Origin: a virus
Taxonomy: Duplodnaviria; Caudoviricetes
Length of the DNA stretch: 64,000 nucleotides
IMG/VR virus record: IMGVR_UViG_3300025961_000012
Location: 1-64,000 of that record
Direction: 5' to 3' (one strand)
Shown here piece by piece: positions 28,148 to 37,618 of this stretch (within the stretch, counting starts at the first letter, position 1; every line of letters begins with the position of its first letter). The translations under genes and the position numbers were made by a program. Under the pieces are notes generated by a model. That model was not told where the DNA came from and did no database searches. It was given only the letters and a program-made list of their open reading frames with translations.

Positions 28148-29629
28148 ATGCCACGCGAATTTGCCGACGACAAAAAGAAGAAACCCGCCGAGGCCCCGCC
28201 GGCCAAAGAGGATCAGACTCCGCCGCCGGTCAAAGCGGACGAGAAACCGCCCGACGAGAAGAAGCCCGCAACGCCGACAGCCGAGGAACTTGCCGCGCGC
28301 GCAGAAGAGATCTCAGCGTCGATGTTCCCGGTGCCTGGCAAAAAGACCAAGCCGCCAGAGGCGAAGCCCGAAGACAAGCCGAAAGAGCCAGATGCCAAAG
28401 AGCCTGAAGCCAAGCCACCTGAACCAGAGCCCGAGAAAAAGCCGGCCGCCAAGAAACCGCTCCCGCCACCAATCTCCGAGGCCGTAAAACCTGAGTCACT
28501 TCAGGCTCCAGCAGCACAGCCGGAAGCCAAACCTCCGGTTACGACCGATCTCAACGAGGACGACGAGGAAACGCTCGCCGCCCTGGCCCGAATGGAGCGC
28601 GACGGCAAAGCCCCCCGCGGAATTGTTGATCGCACGAAACGCTTTTGGGCCGATGAAGCCGATTACATCGCCGCATGGGAAAAAGCCAATCCTGGCGCCG
28701 CCTTCGATCTCAATGACGAAGCTCACGCCGAGTTCTACGATAAGAACGAGCCCCGGTACGACGAGCAGGAATTCAAGCGCGCGGCCAAACTGAACCTGAA
28801 GGAACAGAGCAAACGCGAGATCAAGGAGGAACTCAAAAAGGAGACCGAAGCCGAGACGTACGAGCGCGAGATGCGCGAGCACGTCCCCAAGAACGCCGCA
28901 GCAGTCAGCACCGCCCTCACAGAGATGGTTGCCGATGCCGGCTTCAAGGATTTGCTCAAGGACGGCAAACTCACGAAGGAAGTCGAAGCGGAGATCGACA
29001 AGGCCAGCCCTCACGCGCGCGCGATCCTGCATGAAGAAGCGCAGTTGCTCGCCGCGCAGATTTCCGAGGTCGACAAGCTCGAGCGCTTCGCCGGGAAGTA
29101 CCAAATGGATCCGAATTTTTCCGTGAAGGTCGCCAGCGGTGCCTACGTGCAACCGCACCGGATGCTCGCCGATTTCGTTCAAAACCTGGAACGCGAGATC
29201 GCCGCGCTGCCACCGGAGGAGACCGCCCGCGACGGGAAACGCTTCGTCACCCAGGAGGAATTCATGCGCGAAGTCGACAAGATCAGGGCGTCGCCCGCGC
29301 CGCCCGCGGCCAAGTCGAAAGCGTTCGATGCGCTCTCCGCCGGCTACTACACGATCGGCTGGGAAGACATACGCGTGGCCCTCATTTCCCAGCACTCGAC
29401 GCGCGCACGGGCCAAAATCGACACTTTTGGCGGAATCAAAAAGTCAGATCCAGTGTCTCAACCGGCAAAAACAAGTGCCGCAGCGACACCAGCGGCCACG
29501 CCCGAAACCAGAGCCGCTTTCAGGCCTCCGTCGGTCTCGTCGGCGTCCGATAACACGGACACGACAAAAAAGGCGCCGCATCAAAGCGGAAAAACTGCCG
29601 ACGACGTTGCCAGAAGCATGTGGGGCTAA
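28148..29629 (+). CDS. Capsid scaffolding/assembly protein (putative)
   Basis: P/E/K-rich disordered N-terminus, charged helices, immediately upstream of the MCP. Confidence 0.55.
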   Translation: MPREFADDKKKKPAEAPPAKEDQTPPPVKADEKPPDEKKPATPTAEELAARAEEISASMFPVPGKKTKPPEAKPEDKPKEPDAKEPEAKPPEPEPEKKPAAKKPLPPPISEAVKPESLQAPAAQPEAKPPVTTDLNEDDEETLAALARMERDGKAPRGIVDRTKRFWADEADYIAAWEKANPGAAFDLNDEAHAEFYDKNEPRYDEQEFKRAAKLNLKEQSKREIKEELKKETEAETYEREMREHVPKNAAAVSTALTEMVADAGFKDLLKDGKLTKEVEAEIDKASPHARAILHEEAQLLAAQISEVDKLERFAGKYQMDPNFSVKVASGAYVQPHRMLADFVQNLEREIAALPPEETARDGKRFVTQEEFMREVDKIRASPAPPAAKSKAFDALSAGYYTIGWEDIRVALISQHSTRARAKIDTFGGIKKSDPVSQPAKTSAAATPAATPETRAAFRPPSVSSASDNTDTTKKAPHQSGKTADDVARSMWG

Positions 29630-29683
29630 GAGAGTTGATGCGAAAGCGCGAGGCAATTACGCCCGCCATTTCGCACAACTCTT

Positions 29684-31567
29684 ATGGCCTTGCCTGACAA
29701 CGTAGTCATCTCGGAGCGGTTCACAAAGCAGTGTTCCCCGGTCATCTCGACCAATTACGACACCTGCGGAACCGTCACCCGCGCGACCGTCGCGCATCTC
29801 ACACCATCCGACCTGGACGCCATCTTCTCCCCAGGCGGCCTGTTCGCCGATCTCGACGCATGGTTCAAGCACTCCATCGAAATGAAGGCGTGCGGCGTAC
29901 GCATCAACACGATGTACGACTGGATCATGGCCAACGCCGATCGCACCGAATATCGCGGGGCCGTGTCCGGCACGAAGGGCGTCAAAACCGAATCTCTCCT
30001 GCACCCGTTCATACTCGGGTCACAGGAAACCGTCCTCAACCCGTCGTACTGGAAGGTTGTCGCTGGCGCCGCCGGCACGACCATTGAAGCCTCTGCCGGC
30101 ATTCCGACCACCCTGGCCACCCAGTCTGGCGCCGGTACCACGACGTTCCTGAAACAAGGAGCTGTCGATGGGGGAACGAATCCGGACTCGCAGACTACCG
30201 AGGACGGATCCACGGTCATCGCCTACAACACGACTGGCGTGCGCTGGATCCGGCTCACGAACCGTTTTGGCATCCCAGCCGACCCGGGCCTGTTCCTCCC
30301 GCGTAACACCATCCATCTGTTCACGCGCAGCGCGGCCGGTGTATCGCAGCACGGCCAATGGCGCATCCTAAACTCCGTCGCCGGCACAACGGCCGACGGC
30401 AACGCCGCGATCGACGTCGCCATTTACAACGAGAACGGCGGCAGCGCCGAAGCCTACGACACCACGCCCAGCTCGACGCTCGGCGGCGTCGTCGTGCCAG
30501 GCGTCAACAACGTCGATGACTACGAGAAATGGTGCCACAACCGCACCACGCTCGACCCGCGCAAGCGCGTGCTGTTCTGGGTGCAAACGTTCCGTAACTC
30601 GCGCTGCGTCGATTCCGAGTATCAGGCCGTGTTCAAAAAGCTCCTGATGACGAACCCGGCCTTCAAGGAATTCGGTGACCTCGATCTGGCCGAGCGCAAT
30701 CGCCAGGACGAAGCCGCTGCCCAACGTGAGTTCGTCAACTCGTTCTTCTTCAACAAGCCGATCTCCGCCAACCAGACGCAGGCGCTCTGGCAGAACCTCG
30801 AGCCCATTTATTCCACGGAGGCCTCCGGGCTCACCCTTGGCCTGGGCGGCAAGCTCATGGGCCGGCGCGCGAACTTCGTCGGCGTCAAGGAACAGCTCAG
30901 GGAGTGCGGTCGCGTGTTCGATCTCCAGAACCAGGCGCTGCGCATCGAGGAATGGCTGGACCTCAACTACAACATCAAACGCGCCCGCGAGACCGGCATG
31001 AACGGCAAGAAGGTCACGGACATCGACTGGTGGACCAATTCCCAGTTCCGCGCCCTGTTCCAACAGGCGTATGTCGAATACGCTGCGGCCAAGTGGGGTG
31101 CGCAGGCGCGCTGGGATTTCGAGTACAACAAGGTCAGCGAAGCCGGCATTCTGTTCGATTCCTACACGTTCCAGTATCCGAGCGGCATCCGCATCAACCT
31201 CCTGTCGAACGATTTCTTCGACGATTTCCTGGACCAGTTCTACGACCAATCCATGACCAGCCGCGGCAATCTCCTGCTCGCCCTGGACATCGGCAAGCCC
31301 GGCCCCAACGGCGGCACGATCTTTTACTCGCAGATCGCCGCCAACCGCATGACGACCCAGACCGCCACGATCGAACAAGCCGCGCGCCTGGACTCGACGC
31401 TGCGCTGCGTCATGAAGATGCCGTCGCTCGAGCAGACGCTCATGTCTGAGAGCGGCACAGTCGTTGTGAGCTGTCCGTTACATTCTGCATGGATCGAAGG
31501 AATTTCTCTGGCGAAACCCACCGCAACGGGCAAATCCGCTGCGCCCACCTACACGGATCTCTACTGA
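29684..31567 (+). CDS. Major capsid protein (putative, large)
   Basis: 627 aa, strongly C-ending codon bias, follows the scaffold and is followed by a terminator. Confidence 0.7.
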   Translation: MALPDNVVISERFTKQCSPVISTNYDTCGTVTRATVAHLTPSDLDAIFSPGGLFADLDAWFKHSIEMKACGVRINTMYDWIMANADRTEYRGAVSGTKGVKTESLLHPFILGSQETVLNPSYWKVVAGAAGTTIEASAGIPTTLATQSGAGTTTFLKQGAVDGGTNPDSQTTEDGSTVIAYNTTGVRWIRLTNRFGIPADPGLFLPRNTIHLFTRSAAGVSQHGQWRILNSVAGTTADGNAAIDVAIYNENGGSAEAYDTTPSSTLGGVVVPGVNNVDDYEKWCHNRTTLDPRKRVLFWVQTFRNSRCVDSEYQAVFKKLLMTNPAFKEFGDLDLAERNRQDEAAAQREFVNSFFFNKPISANQTQALWQNLEPIYSTEASGLTLGLGGKLMGRRANFVGVKEQLRECGRVFDLQNQALRIEEWLDLNYNIKRARETGMNGKKVTDIDWWTNSQFRALFQQAYVEYAAAKWGAQARWDFEYNKVSEAGILFDSYTFQYPSGIRINLLSNDFFDDFLDQFYDQSMTSRGNLLLALDIGKPGPNGGTIFYSQIAANRMTTQTATIEQAARLDSTLRCVMKMPSLEQTLMSESGTVVVSCPLHSAWIEGISLAKPTATGKSAAPTYTDLY

Positions 31568-31585
31568 TCCCGAACGACATTTCAC

Positions 31586-31618
31586 AGCCCGCTGGCGAAC
31601 CCGGCGGGCTTTTTGTTT
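31586..31618 (+). terminator. Rho-independent terminator
   Basis: AGCCCGCTGG-cgaac-CCGGCGGGCT followed by TTTTGTTT. Confidence 0.85.
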
Positions 31619-31623
31619 GCCGC

Positions 31624-31652
31624 TTGACAATTCGATCAGTGATCCGCAGCGT
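31624..31652 (+). promoter_or_regulatory. Promoter TTGACA-N17-CAGCGT, 8 nt before GTG (leaderless)
   Basis: Same architecture at 37581 and 43000. Confidence 0.6.
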
Positions 31653-31660
31653 CGTCTCGC

Positions 31661-32560
31661 GTGAATTATTACAACGAGAACGATCCCAGGGCCGCTGCGT
31701 GGCTTCGGGAATTGATTCGCGCCGGGGAGATTTCAATGGGGGAAGTGGACGAGCGCAGTATAGTCGAAGTCAAAACTCATGAACTCAAAGGATATGCCCA
31801 ATGCCATTGGTTTGCCGGAATTGGCGGTTGGTCTCTTGCCCTTCGACTTGCCAGATGGCCCGACGACAAGCCCGTCTGGACAGCCTCGCTCCCATGCCAA
31901 CCATTCAGCACAGCCGGGGATCAGCGAGCGGAAGCGGACGAGCGCCACCTCTGGCCAGTGTTCGCCGAGCTTGTTCGGCACGGGCAGCCTTAAATCGCGT
32001 TTGGAGAGCAGGTTGCGAGCAAACTTGGACGTGAATGGCTCGCTGGAGTTCGAGATGATTTGGAAGGAATGGGGTATGAAGTCGGGGCTTCCGATCTGTG
32101 CGCTGCGAGCGTCGGAGCGCCGCACAGACGACAACGGCTCTACTGGGTGGCCCACTCCATCCGCGATCGACTCAGTTCGCGGGGTGGAGTCCAAGGAGGC
32201 GCGAAAGGCACGGGGATCACACACGGGCACGACGTTGAACGATGCGGCAGCAATGGCGCCCTGGCCGACGTGCAGCGCACGGGATTGGAAGGACACGCCG
32301 GGAATGGCGACAACGGGCACGAACCCGGACGGAACGGAGCGAACTCGCCTGGATCAATTGCCGCGAGTCGCAACCCTTGGGATTCCTACGACCTGCTCCC
32401 CTGCATCGACGGAAAAGCGCGGCGCGTTGAACCCGGAACATTCCCGCTGGCTCATGGGGTACCCGGCCGCGTGGGGCTCCTGCGGGGATACGGGAATAGC
32501 ATCGTGCCGCAAATCGCGGAAGTCTTCATCCGTTCCTGTGTCGAAGCCATAGGCATCTGA
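31661..32560 (+). pseudogene. C5 DNA cytosine methyltransferase alpha chain with in-frame TAA at 31991-31993
   Basis: Motif I FAGIGG, motif IV PCQPFS, then stop, then FGEQV (VI), PHRRQR (VIII) and LRGYGNSIVPQ (X), all in the same frame. Confidence 0.85.
31779..32552 (+). CDS. C5 methyltransferase beta chain in the overlapping frame
   Basis: WPTPSAID, WPTCSARDWKD, GALNPEHSRWLMGYPAAW (motif IX-like). Confidence 0.75.
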   Translation: MNSKDMPNAIGLPELAVGLLPFDLPDGPTTSPSGQPRSHANHSAQPGISERKRTSATSGQCSPSLFGTGSLKSRLESRLRANLDVNGSLEFEMIWKEWGMKSGLPICALRASERRTDDNGSTGWPTPSAIDSVRGVESKEARKARGSHTGTTLNDAAAMAPWPTCSARDWKDTPGMATTGTNPDGTERTRLDQLPRVATLGIPTTCSPASTEKRGALNPEHSRWLMGYPAAWGSCGDTGIASCRKSRKSSSVPVSKP

Positions 32561-32603
32561 ATCCGCCTTGCGTTCCCTCGTCTGTCGCGGTTACGGTGCG
32601 GCC

Positions 32604-33002
32604 ATGATTCAGTACTTCAAGAAGTATTCGCCACAGCAGGCAATCATCTTCTCCGACGGCAGCGGTTTCAGGGGGTTCCAGCTTGTGAACAACGAGGTCG
32701 GGATCCTGGCTACCGAGGATCCTCGAATCATCCGTGAGATCGAAGCGTGCATCGCCGGCCAACGCGGCGGCGCCGAGAAGATCACATCCGAGGAGTTTCT
32801 TTCGTTGCAGAGTCAAAAAAAAAGCAATTTGCAGCCTCCTTGGAGAGAGGAGTGGCAACCGCGCAAGCTGCCCCCAACAGCGTCAGGCGGCTCCCTCAGC
32901 CAGCCAAGTGCTGCGGTCACTGAGGCGCCGGCGCCGCGGGCTGTGCCGCCGGCGGATGCGGAGAAAAGTTTCAAGCCGAAGACGAGCAAAAGCAAAACGT
33001 GA
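32604..33002 (+). CDS. Hypothetical head-associated protein
   Basis: TTGCGT-N18-TACGGT-N6-ATG; structural-operon position. Confidence 0.6.
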   Translation: MIQYFKKYSPQQAIIFSDGSGFRGFQLVNNEVGILATEDPRIIREIEACIAGQRGGAEKITSEEFLSLQSQKKSNLQPPWREEWQPRKLPPTASGGSLSQPSAAVTEAPAPRAVPPADAEKSFKPKTSKSKT

Positions 33003-34609
33003 TCACGTATGCCTCATTCAGAACGGCGATAAGGCAGGAACTTTGGCCATTCCCCGGCGAGGCAAAGAGCCTCCGGCCAGCGCACGACAAGGCGTTTCTC
33101 GAGGCGATGATCGCGCTTCAGCGTTGGGTGCCAGAACTGCGCGTCAATCATACGAGCGTGTTTCCGGCCTGTTCGACATACGTGCAGTGCGCGCTGTCGG
33201 TTGTTGAGGCGCCGGTCGGCGAGATCAAGCGGGTTTACACGATCGCGAATGGTGAGTGGTGCGATCGCGTGTTCTACAGCAGCAGAGCACACATGGAGGT
33301 GCTCAAGTGGCAGCGGTGCCTGTTGACGCGGTTCACGTCCCCGGAGAACGTCGGAATGCCGGCGCTCCAGCAGGGATTCAGATTTTCGGAGGCTTCCACG
33401 GATTCCCCCGCGGGACGCGCGCGTGCGGGCATCTGGTCGATCAACCGCAAGCGGTTCCACCTGGCGCCTTGGCTTCAAAGCAATGAATCGCTGGTGATAG
33501 AGTGGGACGGCGAAAAGAAGGAATGGCTCGACGACGATGTTCTGGACCAGAACTACTTCGACGCCGAAGCGGCGGCCGTCGTGAAGCTTTACGTGCAGAA
33601 GTCGCACGAGCGGGATTTCGGGTGCGACATGGCCAAGATACGGATGCTGGAGCAGGACTACGGGCAGAAGCTCGGCGAACTCATGCACGGCTGGCGGGAG
33701 AAGACGCGCAACCAGGAGAACACGGACGCCGAGGAATTGAACGTGTGCTCGCCGACGAGTGCGGATCTCGCGGACGATGCACCTATGGTTCCCACTGATC
33801 AGACGATTGTCGCCTACATAGCGGACATTGACGGCGGCGCCGCCACTGTCGAAGTGGCGAACTTGGTGAAGTCGTGGGGCCCGGCTTATATCGTGAGCGG
33901 CGGCGACAATTGGTACGGCAGCGCGATTACGAAGGAAGCTTTGGACGCCTCAGTCGGTCCCAGTTACGGAGATTACATTTTCCCCTACTTGGGCACGCTG
34001 GCCACCGGGGCAGAACGGACGAACGCATTCTTTCCGGCTGTAGGTGACCATGACCGGGATCCCGTCGGCCGGCTGCCGGTGTTCCTGAACTATTTCAACC
34101 TGCACAAGCCGTATTACGATTTCGTCCAGGGGCACGTTCACTGGTTCATCGTGGACAACGGGCTGAACCAGGCTGACGTGCTCGTCCAGGCGGACGGGAA
34201 CACGTCCACCAGCGTGCAGGGCGAGGCGTTTAGGCTGAAAATGGCTCTTTCGACGGCGCGCTGGAAGATTGTCGTCATTGGGGCGCCACCGCACTCTTCC
34301 ATCAAGGAGAGCAACACGGCATACGCTGCGCTGCGCTGGCCCTACAAGGCGTGGGGCGCGGATTTGGTGCTGACCGGCGACGATCACCTTTACGAGCGCC
34401 TACTGGCACCTGAGGGCTATCCGCTCATCGTAGCCGGCTGGAGCGGCCGGGCGCTGGTAGCCAGCGGTTCACCGATCGCCTACAGCCTCGTTCAGTATGA
34501 CGCGGATTTCGGGGCGCTGAAGATCACCGTGTCGTGCGACGAGTTCAAGGTCGAGGCGATCAACCGGGTTGGAGTGCTCATCGACACTCTGACGCTGACG
34601 AAACCATGA
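32999..34609 (+). CDS. Putative head-tail adaptor fused to a calcineurin-like/purple-acid-phosphatase-fold domain
   Basis: N-terminal adaptor-like region by position. C-terminal motifs ADID, GGDNWY, VGDHD, TGDDHLYER. Confidence 0.7.
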   Translation: MITYASFRTAIRQELWPFPGEAKSLRPAHDKAFLEAMIALQRWVPELRVNHTSVFPACSTYVQCALSVVEAPVGEIKRVYTIANGEWCDRVFYSSRAHMEVLKWQRCLLTRFTSPENVGMPALQQGFRFSEASTDSPAGRARAGIWSINRKRFHLAPWLQSNESLVIEWDGEKKEWLDDDVLDQNYFDAEAAAVVKLYVQKSHERDFGCDMAKIRMLEQDYGQKLGELMHGWREKTRNQENTDAEELNVCSPTSADLADDAPMVPTDQTIVAYIADIDGGAATVEVANLVKSWGPAYIVSGGDNWYGSAITKEALDASVGPSYGDYIFPYLGTLATGAERTNAFFPAVGDHDRDPVGRLPVFLNYFNLHKPYYDFVQGHVHWFIVDNGLNQADVLVQADGNTSTSVQGEAFRLKMALSTARWKIVVIGAPPHSSIKESNTAYAALRWPYKAWGADLVLTGDDHLYERLLAPEGYPLIVAGWSGRALVASGSPIAYSLVQYDADFGALKITVSCDEFKVEAINRVGVLIDTLTLTKP

Positions 34610-34920
34610 GGTTCATCGATCTCAAACCGGAGTTCGTGCAAAGCTCAAAGAGCGGCGAGAATCGCAAGGGCACAGCAGTGTGGTCATTGTGCCCGTGCGG
34701 TTGCGGGTCTGGTCTGCTTATCGCGCTTCGGAACCCGCTCGACGGAGGGCCTCCGGACGGTCCTGAAGTGTGGGGCGAAGGTCTGACGGATCGCTGGCAA
34801 AGAACCGGCGAAGACTTCAATACGATCAGCTTTGAACCGTCTGTGCTGATGTGGGAGGACAAAAAGGCCGGAAAACAGCACTGGCATGGATGGATCAGAA
34901 ATGGTGAGGTGACAGCGTGA
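34606..34920 (+). CDS. DUF6527-like protein
   Basis: CPCGCG..W..G..SFEPSV..HWHGWIRNGEV. Confidence 0.75.
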   Translation: MRFIDLKPEFVQSSKSGENRKGTAVWSLCPCGCGSGLLIALRNPLDGGPPDGPEVWGEGLTDRWQRTGEDFNTISFEPSVLMWEDKKAGKQHWHGWIRNGEVTA

Positions 34921-35141
34921 GACGCCGGTCATTCTTCAGCCGGATTGCAGGGTTCGTCGCCGCTGTGGAGCATCTGGAATTAAAATCTGTCCAAGTGGCA
35001 TTTTGGACACAGAACACTCGCTCGTCGAGATGCGTGGATCCTGAATACGAGAAACTTCTCTGTAATCTGGAGAGCCGACCAACATCAGCCCTTAACGTGC
35101 CGAATATGTTCGATTTTCTGAAGGAGCACACCAAGGCATGA
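34917..35141 (+). CDS. Small protein with twin-arginine-like N-terminus
   Basis: MRRRSFFSRIAGFVAA. Confidence 0.5.
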   Translation: MRRRSFFSRIAGFVAAVEHLELKSVQVAFWTQNTRSSRCVDPEYEKLLCNLESRPTSALNVPNMFDFLKEHTKA

Positions 35142-37573
35142 AGTTCGACCAACTCGACAACCAGCCGTGCCTGCTCCCCCAGGTGAACGAGGAATCGTGT
35201 GAAAGCACGAGGCTACCGGTCCAGGAGGGGCGCCTCGAGCTGCGTCCCGAGGTTGCCGTCGTGGCAGTTCTGGGCACGGTCCAGTATCGAACCTTCCTGA
35301 TCGCCAACGGCGTCGAGCGCGAGGTTACATCCGGGCTCAGCTATCGCTCTGGCAGCACCGTAATCGCAGTCATCGGCGCCATCGGCGGCAATGCGACGGG
35401 CATCTCCGTCGGTATCGTCACGATTTCCGTCGAATGGCAGGGCCTCGAGGCGTTCGGCCAGCTTCAGGTCGTTGACTCCTGCGACAACATTTCGAACGGG
35501 CTGGAGATCGTCATCGACAACTCGGAGTCGATGAATCAGGCGTTTGGCGCGCCATACGGCACCAAGCTTGATTTCGCGAAGTTCCTCGCCAAACAGTTCG
35601 CCGGAGAGGTCGACGTGCGCAAGGACATCGTTGGGCTGACCACGTTCGCCGTGTCGGGCCAGGTTGTGGCGCCTTTGACGGCCGATAACATCGCCGTCGG
35701 GACCGCCATCATGGGTGTCGGCTTCGTTCCGGAGCAGACAGACATCCATGCGGGGCTCGAAACGGCCATCGCGGAACTCGCCGCGGCGAACGTCGACCGC
35801 CGCGTTATCCTGCTGATCACGGACGGCCAGCATAACGACGACATCGAGCCGCTGCAGACGGCACTCCAATTCCGGTCTGGTGGCGGCGTTCTCATTGTCA
35901 TTGGCCTGCGCGCCGGCCTGGAGGCTTTCATGCGCCTCGAGAAGCTCGCCAATGGCGGATTCTTTATCTCCGCCTACGACGGCCCGACCGCCGAGGACGC
36001 CAAACGTTACGTGAGCGGGCTAAAGGGCTATCTGTGCGCCGGCAACTGCTGCCCGGAAGGTGACATCATCGTCGGCCAGGGCAAACTCAACTACGAGGAT
36101 TGGCTCAACTGGGATAACATCGGCAACGTCGATCTGATTGGAAACGGTTTTTACGACCTTATCCCCGGGCACGGTCTGTTCGTGGATCTCGTGGGAAGCT
36201 CGGCGCCATGGCAGGGCGGGTTAATCAGCAAGAAATCGTTCACGTTCCAAAACGGCGTCAACTACAAGCTGAGTTACAAACTGGCCGGCAATCAGCGCGC
36301 GGACGCCACGGGCTACTCGGTCAAGGTCAATGCCGGCAGCGTCGCGACCGCCACGCACGCGATGAACGATTGGCGCCAGGACTTTACGACCTACGACTTG
36401 AGTTTCTTGGGCGATGGCACTTCCGGCCAACTGATCTTCATCCAGGAAACGGTCTCGCCTGCGCCGGCGGCTCAAGCCTTCGGGGTTTTGCTTGATGACG
36501 TCACGCTCATCAACGATGACACGGACGAAATTCTGTTCACCGAAAGTTTCGACAACGAGAATCTGACTTACGTGCCGCCCGCTTGCGGCATGGGCACAGT
36601 CTACGGACAGGGTTACGGTGGCGGTTACGCCTACGGGACGTGCTGCTACGGTTACGGGTGCCTGGCTGAACCGGTCAAACAGCAGAACCCGGATCCCATG
36701 CCGCCAACGGATCCCGAGACGGAGCCCGATCCGTTCTGGATCAGCACGCAGTCCTACACGGCAAGCTGCCCCGTTGGAACCACGGGCGCCGACGTGACAC
36801 GCTCGGCGAGCTACAAGAGTTTCATCAGCGCGGCCGATGCCAACGCAAAAGCCCTGGCGCTGGCTCAGACCGCAGCCGAGGCGGCGCTGAACTGTGTGAG
36901 CCCGCCCGTCAACGGCGATCTCATCAACATGCACGCCATCCGCGGCAGGCATACGACAAAGATAGGCTTTGCCGCATTCGGAAAGACGTCCGGCGACGTC
37001 TGGAACGCATGGAGCGCCTCCGATTACAACAACGATACCCTGTTGAAATCGGACGGGACCGCCTCCTTCGTCACCATCCGAAAGTGTGAAGTCGGCGATT
37101 TCACGCAAACGGACCTTGTCGCCGTCAATTTCGATGTGTCGCTCGACCATCCGGACGCCATGTACAAGATGGGCCAGGCGTTCTATCGCAACGATTCGAT
37201 CACGCCGAAAGACGAGGCGCTGTTCTTCGACGGATTACCCGAAGGCAATTATGAGGTCTACGTTTACGGCCACGGCGCTGACAACGCGCTGCAGGTCGGC
37301 CATTACCAGGTTCGCACCGGTAAACTCACAGGAGATCTGGCATCTGGATTCGTGCTCGATCCTTTCACCAACACCGTTTACCCAACGCTCGACACGTCGA
37401 ACACGGACAGCTACCTCGACACCGCCTGGGCTGAAAACGTCCAGTTCGTGAAATACTCAGTCACGATCGGCGCAGGGCAGACCGGCATCTGCATCATTTC
37501 CGCCAGCGCATCCGGCGTGGATCCCGGGCGAATCAGCGTGCTCATGGGCGTGCAGATTCACAGAGTGCCATAA
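35138..37573 (+). CDS. Virion protein with vWA (MIDAS) domain, DUF642-like beta-sandwich and DUF5977-like repeat
   Basis: IVIDNSESM, TDIHAGL, ILLITDG; GNVDLIG..FVDLVGS..YKLSYKLAGNQR; QSYTASC..SFISAADANAKA. Confidence 0.75.
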   Translation: MKFDQLDNQPCLLPQVNEESCESTRLPVQEGRLELRPEVAVVAVLGTVQYRTFLIANGVEREVTSGLSYRSGSTVIAVIGAIGGNATGISVGIVTISVEWQGLEAFGQLQVVDSCDNISNGLEIVIDNSESMNQAFGAPYGTKLDFAKFLAKQFAGEVDVRKDIVGLTTFAVSGQVVAPLTADNIAVGTAIMGVGFVPEQTDIHAGLETAIAELAAANVDRRVILLITDGQHNDDIEPLQTALQFRSGGGVLIVIGLRAGLEAFMRLEKLANGGFFISAYDGPTAEDAKRYVSGLKGYLCAGNCCPEGDIIVGQGKLNYEDWLNWDNIGNVDLIGNGFYDLIPGHGLFVDLVGSSAPWQGGLISKKSFTFQNGVNYKLSYKLAGNQRADATGYSVKVNAGSVATATHAMNDWRQDFTTYDLSFLGDGTSGQLIFIQETVSPAPAAQAFGVLLDDVTLINDDTDEILFTESFDNENLTYVPPACGMGTVYGQGYGGGYAYGTCCYGYGCLAEPVKQQNPDPMPPTDPETEPDPFWISTQSYTASCPVGTTGADVTRSASYKSFISAADANAKALALAQTAAEAALNCVSPPVNGDLINMHAIRGRHTTKIGFAAFGKTSGDVWNAWSASDYNNDTLLKSDGTASFVTIRKCEVGDFTQTDLVAVNFDVSLDHPDAMYKMGQAFYRNDSITPKDEALFFDGLPEGNYEVYVYGHGADNALQVGHYQVRTGKLTGDLASGFVLDPFTNTVYPTLDTSNTDSYLDTAWAENVQFVKYSVTIGAGQTGICIISASASGVDPGRISVLMGVQIHRVP

Positions 37574-37580
37574 ACGCCGC

Positions 37581-37609
37581 TTGACAATGCCAGTTGGGTT
37601 TCACAGCAT
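37581..37609 (+). promoter_or_regulatory. Promoter TTGACA-N17-CAGCAT for the glycan cassette
   Basis: 9 nt before the GTG at 37619; no Shine-Dalgarno. Confidence 0.6.
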
Positions 37610-37618
37610 CCGCCCCCA

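Noticed and set aside
31991-31993. Stop-codon reassignment (alternative genetic code)
   Set aside because: TAA, TAG and TGA all terminate clear genes elsewhere (e.g. 37573, 22645, 31567), so one internal TAA does not support recoding.
32815-32823. A9 homopolymer as a programmed frameshift or phase-variation site
   Set aside because: The zero frame continues with plausible protein, the -1 frame closes quickly, and nothing supports the other frame.
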